Source of the DNA: Candidatus Multivoradales bacterium
Lineage (GTDB): Bacteria; Acidobacteriota; Thermoanaerobaculia; Multivoradales; Multivoraceae
Assembly (NCBI GenBank): GCA_965223325.1
Contig: CBDCWI010000002.1
Location: 3,648,001 to 3,712,000 of the forward strand
Length of the DNA stretch: 64,000 nt
Direction: 5' to 3'
Below the pieces are notes generated by a model, which worked only from the letters and a program-made list of their open reading frames with translations, ran no database searches and was not told the origin of the DNA. Positions within the stretch are counted from its first letter, which is position 1. Every line of letters begins with the position of its first letter. The translations under genes were made by a program, and so were the position numbers. This document shows positions 58,161-64,000 of this stretch, in pieces.

Positions 58161-58416
58161 GCGGCTACCGGGCACGGTCGGGGGGACCTTCCGTGGGCCC
58201 CACCGACATCGCGACGCCACGATTCCGTGCTCCCCGAACCCCACCAGGCCTCACTCCAAACGCGAGCGCCGAGGCCGGGGATCACCGGAGGGGTTCTCGC
58301 GACGTCACGCTCCGCCGCGCGCGACATTCCCACCGCAGTTCAAGGTTGCACGTGCAAGGCGAGCACCCAACACACTCGGCCCGCACGACGGGCCGCTTGC
58401 GCGGCCAATGTGATCA

Positions 58417-59640
58417 CTAGTTCGTGGGGTTGAAGTCCTTTCCGTCCTCTAGCAGTTGGATTACGGTGTCGAGGTTGCCCTGGTTGAGTGCATCGGGAGC
58501 CTCGGCGCGCGCCTTGCGGGCGTACTCGAGCGCCTTTTTGAACTTCCCTTCGGCCGAGTAGGCTCTTGCTAGACCGACGTTGATCGGCCACACGTCGCCG
58601 TGGCGTTCATGATTGAGCTTGAACAACTCAACCGCCTTCTCGGTGTTGCCGGCAGCCTGGAGCTGACGGGCGACTCCATGGAGCTGAATCGGGCCGGTGG
58701 TTCGGTGATCGACCAGCTTCGCGAGTGCTCCCTGGGCCTCGTCGGTGCGGCCCAGAGCTGACAGAACCTGATAGCGGTTCTGCAGCGTTGCGAAGTTTTC
58801 CTGGCCGACGAACTGTCTCGAGATCGCTGCGTCGGCCCACTCCAGAGCCTGTTCGAGACACCGGTTACCCTGCAGGCAGAACTGAGACGCTCCGACCCAC
58901 GCTTGCCAGCTGAATCCTGGGGAGTCGCGAAGATCGTCGCGAATTCTGGCCAGGTAGAGCTCGTCACTGTTCGGGACCTTGATCTCGAAAGGGATGCGTA
59001 GCTCTTCCCAATGCAACGCCAGGGTCGCGGTGTCCAGTTGGCGGTCGGTGAAGTCGTAGGTCAACCACTCTCGATAGGGAGCCGATTCGGCCGTGGTGGT
59101 CACCCGCAGAGCGTCTTCGTCCTCTTCGTAGAAGAAGGAGCCCCAGGAGGCCGAGTTGTTGGAGAAGATGATCGTCCACTCGTCTTCGCCAGGGATCATG
59201 TGGAGACCGTAGCGGCCGGCGGCTAACGGCTTGCCTTCGATCTCGATGTCGTGACTGGTCGTAAACACCGTGTTCTCATTGGCACCAGCGCGCCAGGGCA
59301 TTGGTTTGCCGTTGCCAAACGCGGCGCTCGAAAGCCCCCAGGGCACCAGCTGGCCCCAGATGTTTCCGCGCCGATCGGTGCCGTCTGGCGCTGTGACGTC
59401 GGGACTCGAGTAGTCGACCGAGACCGTGACCAGACCGAGCTGTTGGGTCACTGACGCTTTCTGGTTGCCGCCCGAGGGCGGCACGGTCAGGCCGGCCTGC
59501 GCGAGCGCTGGCGGAGAAAGGCTGAGGACGAGGGCGACAACGGCGATCGTCACGCCCACGAGCGGCAACAGGGTGTGCGGTTGCGGTCGCCGTCTGGGCT
59601 GTTCTGTGGGCTGCTTCGAGGAATGGATGAATGGCTGCAT
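58417..59640 (-). CDS. DUF2911-domain exported protein with C-terminal TPRs
   Basis: VSVDYSSP, IWGQLVP, WRAGANENT, LAAGRYGL, LHWEE; start uncertain. Confidence 0.82.
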   Translation of the reverse strand: MQPFIHSSKQPTEQPRRRPQPHTLLPLVGVTIAVVALVLSLSPPALAQAGLTVPPSGGNQKASVTQQLGLVTVSVDYSSPDVTAPDGTDRRGNIWGQLVPWGLSSAAFGNGKPMPWRAGANENTVFTTSHDIEIEGKPLAAGRYGLHMIPGEDEWTIIFSNNSASWGSFFYEEDEDALRVTTTAESAPYREWLTYDFTDRQLDTATLALHWEELRIPFEIKVPNSDELYLARIRDDLRDSPGFSWQAWVGASQFCLQGNRCLEQALEWADAAISRQFVGQENFATLQNRYQVLSALGRTDEAQGALAKLVDHRTTGPIQLHGVARQLQAAGNTEKAVELFKLNHERHGDVWPINVGLARAYSAEGKFKKALEYARKARAEAPDALNQGNLDTVIQLLEDGKDFNPTN

Positions 59641-59884
59641 GAATGAGTCTCCTTGAGTCCCCACCACCCGGACCTGTGTCTTGGCTTTGTGTCGATTGTT
59701 CTCTCTTCTCGATTCGGCAGCACCTGCCTCGGCAATGTCAGTCCTTGGCCAGCAGGGCACGCAGCGACGGGAGCCCTTCCTGGGTGACTGCACGAATCTT
59801 TGAGGGTCAGAGCTGATACGTAGTAGGCGCGAGCGAGGTTTGGAATCGATTTACGCCTCAGTTTCGCCAATTTTCGTAGAAGTT

Positions 59885-59919
59885 GTGGACTGACGTGGAG
59901 TGAAATGGACAATAGTGGA
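59885..59919 (+). promoter_or_regulatory. MraZ-binding direct repeats
   Basis: Four (G/A)TGGA boxes at exact 10-bp period upstream of mraZ. Confidence 0.8.
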
Positions 59920-60017
59920 TTCAAATGCTAGCTTCGGCGGTCAGGACGTCAGGGTGACGGGGATTGTCCCCCGTGCGACCGCAATGCTTCTGGCGCCCGA
60001 GATTTGGGAAGTTCCGT

Positions 60018-60458
60018 ATGTTTCGTGGCAGTGCCTCGGCCAAGATCGACGACAAGGGTCGGCTCAAGATGCCGACTCCTTTCAAGCGACAGGTCCAGAA
60101 CGAGTTCGGTCCAGAACTGTTCTTGACGTCGCTCAAGGGCGACTGCGTCCAGATCTACCCGTTTGCCACCTGGGAACAAATCGAGCAGCGACTGGCCGGA
60201 GTCCCCAACACCCTACCGGCCAAGCGCCTGTTCGTGGAGCGTGTCAACTACTTCGGGCAGCAGGGCAAGCTCGATTCTCAGGGCCGCGTGGTCCTGTCTC
60301 CAATTCTTCGAGAGTCAGCAGAGATGGTGGGTGAGGTGGTGGTGTTCGGTGCCCTCGATCATTTCGAGGTCTGGAACCACGAGAACCTCAAGAACAAGCT
60401 GAAAGAGGTGCCGTTCACCGACGACGATCTCCGGGAGCTCAGCGAACTGGGGATCTGA
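60018..60458 (+). CDS. mraZ: Division/cell wall cluster repressor MraZ
   Basis: MFRG…IDDKGR, LDSQGR, FEVW. Confidence 0.95.
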   Translation: MFRGSASAKIDDKGRLKMPTPFKRQVQNEFGPELFLTSLKGDCVQIYPFATWEQIEQRLAGVPNTLPAKRLFVERVNYFGQQGKLDSQGRVVLSPILRESAEMVGEVVVFGALDHFEVWNHENLKNKLKEVPFTDDDLRELSELGI

Positions 60459-60594
60459 CCCCAGAGCGCACGGTGCGACCGGTGAGTCGAAAGGAACGAC
60501 CCCTGGCGAGGCCCCTGGCCCCGGGCGTACCGAGGGAGAGCTGTGGCCGCGCGAGGAGCAGGCCTGAGATCAACGTGGTGTTTTTGAGGAACCT

Positions 60595-61563
60595 ATGCCG
60601 GGCAGTGGTTTTGGCGAGACAGCCGAAGGTGGCGCGAACGACGGCGGTTGGCACGTCTCGGTCCTGGTCGAGGAATGCCTGCACTTTCTTGCGCCCGAAC
60701 GCGGCGGTGTCTTCGTCGACTGCACCCTGGGGCTCGGCGGGCACGCGCGAGCGCTCCTCGAGGCCAACCCTGAGCTCAGGCTGGTGGGAATCGATCGTGA
60801 CGCCGAAGCGCTCGAGATCGCGCGCCGGGAACTGGCGGAGTTCGGCGAGCGCGTGGAGTTTCTACGTGGCACGTTCGAAGACCTCGAAGAGCTTCTCCAG
60901 GCGGCAGGTCACGCAGCGGTGGCCGGAATCCTGGCGGACCTCGGCGTCTCGTCGCTGCAACTCGAACGCGCGCACCGGGGCTTCAGTTTCCGCCGTGATG
61001 GACCTCTCGACATGCGCATGGACACCCGCGGTGGCATGACAGCTGCCGACGTGGTGAACGGATATCCGGAGGAGCAGTTGCGAAAGATCCTCAGTGAGTA
61101 CGGCGAGGAACGGCGGGCACGGCGCATAGCGCGCCAACTCGTTCTGAGCCGCCAGGAGAAACCGCTCGAGACCACCGGCGACCTGCGCGCGGCGGTCGTC
61201 GCTGCGGTTGGATCGGGCCGTCCCGGGCGCATCGATCCCGCGACTCGTACGTTCCAGGCCGTCCGCATCGAGGTCAATCGGGAACTTGCCGGCCTCGATC
61301 GCTTCTTCGAGCAGACGATGCGTCTGCTCGAGAGTGATGGTCGCCTGGTAGTGATTTCGTACCACAGCCTCGAAGACCGGATCTCCAAGATGGCGCTGCG
61401 CTCGGCGGCTCGCGGTGAGGTCGATCCGATCACCGGCCGGCCGCTGTCCGAGACCCGCCTCATCGAGCTGCTGACCAAAAAGCCCGTCCGGCCAACCGAG
61501 GCCGAGGTGACGGCGAACCCGAGATCGCGCTCGGCGCGTCTGCGCGCTGCACGTCGTATCTGA
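60595..61563 (+). CDS. rsmH: 16S rRNA m4C1402 methyltransferase
   Basis: HVSVL, DCTLGLGGH, DLGVSS, PLDMRM, SYHSLEDR, NPRSRSA. Confidence 0.97.
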   Translation: MPGSGFGETAEGGANDGGWHVSVLVEECLHFLAPERGGVFVDCTLGLGGHARALLEANPELRLVGIDRDAEALEIARRELAEFGERVEFLRGTFEDLEELLQAAGHAAVAGILADLGVSSLQLERAHRGFSFRRDGPLDMRMDTRGGMTAADVVNGYPEEQLRKILSEYGEERRARRIARQLVLSRQEKPLETTGDLRAAVVAAVGSGRPGRIDPATRTFQAVRIEVNRELAGLDRFFEQTMRLLESDGRLVVISYHSLEDRISKMALRSAARGEVDPITGRPLSETRLIELLTKKPVRPTEAEVTANPRSRSARLRAARRI

Positions 61564-61608
61564 CTCCCCCCTTCCTACCTTTCCCTTCGAGCGAGCTCGA
61601 TTTGTCTC

Positions 61609-61956
61609 ATGCGAACTGCCTACGCCATCAACCGACCCGTCGAAAATGCATGGTTGGTCCGCGAACGCGATCGCCGTCGTATGACGGAGTTGCTCGTGGT
61701 GCTCGGCATCGTGGTACCTCTCATTGTCGGTCTGCTCGGCTACACCTGGCTTCGCCATCAAGTGATTGCCATCGGAGCTGACACCAAGCGGGTCGAAGCC
61801 GAGTTGCTCGAGCGTCGCAACGAGGAGCGGCGACTACGGCTCGAAGTGTCACGGCTCGAGAGCCCGGCCCGCATCGAGGGGGTCGCGCGCGAAGATCTCG
61901 GTCTGGTACCGCCAAGCGTCGAGCAGCTCGTGTTCGTCGAACGGGGTGCGCCTTGA
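61609..61956 (+). CDS. ftsL: Cell division protein FtsL
   Basis: TM plus coiled coil, LESPARIEGVAREDLGL; lies between rsmH and ftsI. Confidence 0.85.
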   Translation: MRTAYAINRPVENAWLVRERDRRRMTELLVVLGIVVPLIVGLLGYTWLRHQVIAIGADTKRVEAELLERRNEERRLRLEVSRLESPARIEGVAREDLGLVPPSVEQLVFVERGAP

Positions 61957-63923
61957 GAGTTCGCGTTCACGGGCGCGACCCGCGGCGCCACCGGGATCCG
62001 CGGGTGGTGGCGGCGGCTTCAGAAGCGTCGCTCGATAAGGTGGCGGCGCCCCTTCGCCCGGCGCGCTCGGTGACCCGTGGTCGCCTGGTATCGCTTGCTC
62101 TCGTGATCTGGGGGATGTTGATCGTCGGTCGCCTCTATTCTCTCCAGGTCGTAGAACACGAGCGCTACTCGGAAATGGCGGTCCAGAAGTACTCGGTGAT
62201 CGAACTCGATGGGCCACGTGGAACGATCTATGACGCGCGCGGTCGCGAGCTGGCGATCTCGGTTCCGGCGCCGTCGATCTACGCGGTGCCGAATGAGGTC
62301 GAAGACCCGGCCGCCACGGTCGCGGCTCTCGCCCGGGTTCTCCCGCTGGCGCCGGCCGAACGAAGAGTCCTCGAGCGTCGCCTGTCGAGCGACAGCACGT
62401 TTGCGTGGGTGAAGCGCCAACTCGAGCCCGAGGTCGCAAGCATGGTCCAAGCGCTCGGGCTCCCGGCGATCCATGTTCGCGACGAACCCAAGCGTTACTA
62501 CCCGAACGGGAGCCTGGCCTCTCAGGTCATCGGTTTCGTTGGTGTCGATCACCAGGGGCTGGCCGGTCTCGAGGTGCGGTACGACGAAACGATTGCAGGA
62601 AGCACCCTGCGTCGCACCGCACGGCGTGGTCGCAACGGCGGCTACGTACTCGATGACCGCACCCTCGAAGAACTGGCGCGGTCTGGAAGCGGTGCCGCCC
62701 TGCACCTCACGCTCGATGCCACGCTCCAGCACCTCGCCGAACGCGAACTGGCGCGCATGATCGAGGCGACACGGGCGCGTGCCGGCGTGGTCGTTGCACT
62801 CGACCCGGCAGACTCGGCGGTTCTGGCGATGGCTTCGCTCCCCAACTTCGACCCTAACGACGTTGCCTCTTCAGGGCCCGAGGACCGCCGCAATCGTGCC
62901 GTGATGGACGCCTACGATCCGGGCTCGACCTTCAAGGTCGTCACTGCGGCCTCAGTGCTCGAGAACATGGTCCTCCACCCCGACGACCTTCTGGACTGCG
63001 AGATGGGCTCGCTGGTCGTTCAAGGAACCCGCATCCGTGACCACAAGGCGTACGACATTCTCACCTTCAGCCAGGTGCTCGAGAAGTCGTCGAACGTGGG
63101 GGTAATGAAAGCGGCTTTGCGCCTCGGTGGGGGACGCTTCCTAGAGACCACCGAGCGTTTCGGCGTCGGTCAACGGACGGGGATTGACCTTCCCGGTGAA
63201 CAGACCGGTCAGATACGTCGCCAGGACTGGAACCGCGACATCATGGTCGCCTACGCCTCGTTCGGTCAGGGCATCACGCTCACCCCGCTTCAGGTCGCGA
63301 ACTTCTTCGCCGCGGTCGCCAACGGCGGCACCTTGCATCGACCCTACGTCGTGCGGGCGATCGAACGCGACGGCCGCAACATCGACCTGCGCCGAGAATC
63401 ACTCGTTCCCGACGGTCCTTTGGCTGGCGCCCCGGTCCGCCGTGCGATCAGCGAACAGACTGCCCAGACCCTCTTGCGCATCCTCGAGGGGGTGGTCACC
63501 GACGGCACAGCAAAGCGCGCTGCCGTTCCGGGCTATCGGGTGGCGGGGAAAACCGGCACTGCGGAGAAAACCAGCCGTCACGGCGTCTCCAAGGTCAACA
63601 AGATGGCGAGCTTCGTTGGCGTCGTGCCGGCTCGCAACCCACGGTTGGTGGTCCTCGTGATGCTCGACGAACCACGTGGGCTCACTCACGGGGGCACGGT
63701 CGCCGCGCCCGTATTCGCCAGCATGACGCGTGAGGCGCTGGTGTACCTGGGTGTTGCACCGGATGAGGACACGGGCTCCGACGCGACGGGAACCGAGTCC
63801 GCAGCACAGATCGCACGGTTTACCTTGCCGCTTCTCCCCGACGGCTCGCCGTCCGAAGATGGCGCCGAAGCGACCGAAGCTGAAACGCGGGTTGCCAGTC
63901 TTGCCGCGGGCGGAGGCCGCTAG
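61953..63923 (+). CDS. ftsI: Class B penicillin-binding protein (FtsI)
   Basis: RGTIYD, RYYP, GSTFK (SxxK), SSN, KTGT; start uncertain. Confidence 0.93.
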   Translation: MRVRVHGRDPRRHRDPRVVAAASEASLDKVAAPLRPARSVTRGRLVSLALVIWGMLIVGRLYSLQVVEHERYSEMAVQKYSVIELDGPRGTIYDARGRELAISVPAPSIYAVPNEVEDPAATVAALARVLPLAPAERRVLERRLSSDSTFAWVKRQLEPEVASMVQALGLPAIHVRDEPKRYYPNGSLASQVIGFVGVDHQGLAGLEVRYDETIAGSTLRRTARRGRNGGYVLDDRTLEELARSGSGAALHLTLDATLQHLAERELARMIEATRARAGVVVALDPADSAVLAMASLPNFDPNDVASSGPEDRRNRAVMDAYDPGSTFKVVTAASVLENMVLHPDDLLDCEMGSLVVQGTRIRDHKAYDILTFSQVLEKSSNVGVMKAALRLGGGRFLETTERFGVGQRTGIDLPGEQTGQIRRQDWNRDIMVAYASFGQGITLTPLQVANFFAAVANGGTLHRPYVVRAIERDGRNIDLRRESLVPDGPLAGAPVRRAISEQTAQTLLRILEGVVTDGTAKRAAVPGYRVAGKTGTAEKTSRHGVSKVNKMASFVGVVPARNPRLVVLVMLDEPRGLTHGGTVAAPVFASMTREALVYLGVAPDEDTGSDATGTESAAQIARFTLPLLPDGSPSEDGAEATEAETRVASLAAGGGR

Positions 63924-64000
63924 TGCTTCTGTCGCAACTGGTGGCCGACTTGCCGGTCGAGCGCTTAGAGGCGGCGGTTGATCCGCAGGTCTCGGGGGTT
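63923..64000 (+). CDS. murE: Probable MurE N-terminus (truncated by the window)
   Basis: GTG overlapping the ftsI stop gives MLLSQLVADLPV…DPQVSGV; identity rests mainly on dcw gene order. Confidence 0.6.
   Translation, partial: MLLSQLVADLPVERLEAAVDPQVSGV

Noticed and set aside
43467-58240. Classical integron or prophage
   Set aside because: No tyrosine/serine recombinase, no convincing attC (RYYYAAC…GTTRRRY) sites, mixed gene orientation, and no phage structural genes.

Overview
GC-rich bacterial chromosomal segment. The gene content and protein styles suggest Acidobacteriota (Thermoanaerobaculia-like); this is an inference. Positions 1-43.4 kb and 58.4-64 kb are mostly core genes: tkt (partial), tRNA-Ser/Gln/fMet, an HtrA-type protease, a PGI-like protein, clpS, a pentaheme cytochrome-TPR/CRTAC1 pair, an Fe3+-type ABC importer, a MacAB/YknWXYZ-type exporter, ftsB, hrpB, mfd plus two PPIases, and the start of the dcw cluster (mraZ-rsmH-ftsL-ftsI-murE). 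Two notable loci lie in the core part: a stand-alone, apparently sigma54-driven NHLP (proteusin-type) RiPP precursor, and a TraB / XRE / TPR / exported-repeat-protein cluster. About 43.47-58.24 kb is an accessory island containing a MITE, two decayed AbiE-type TA remnants, an internally deleted RAYT-like HUH transposase, an IS3 element, a Schlafen/AlbA_2 protein and a polymorphic toxin system. The toxin has an Asp/Phe-rich N-terminus, a LysM domain and an EndoU nuclease tip, with a cognate immunity gene and an orphan toxin-tip/immunity module. The transposase-flanking repeat family recurs at several gene-module junctions across the island. All calls come from reading motifs by eye; no database searches were run.
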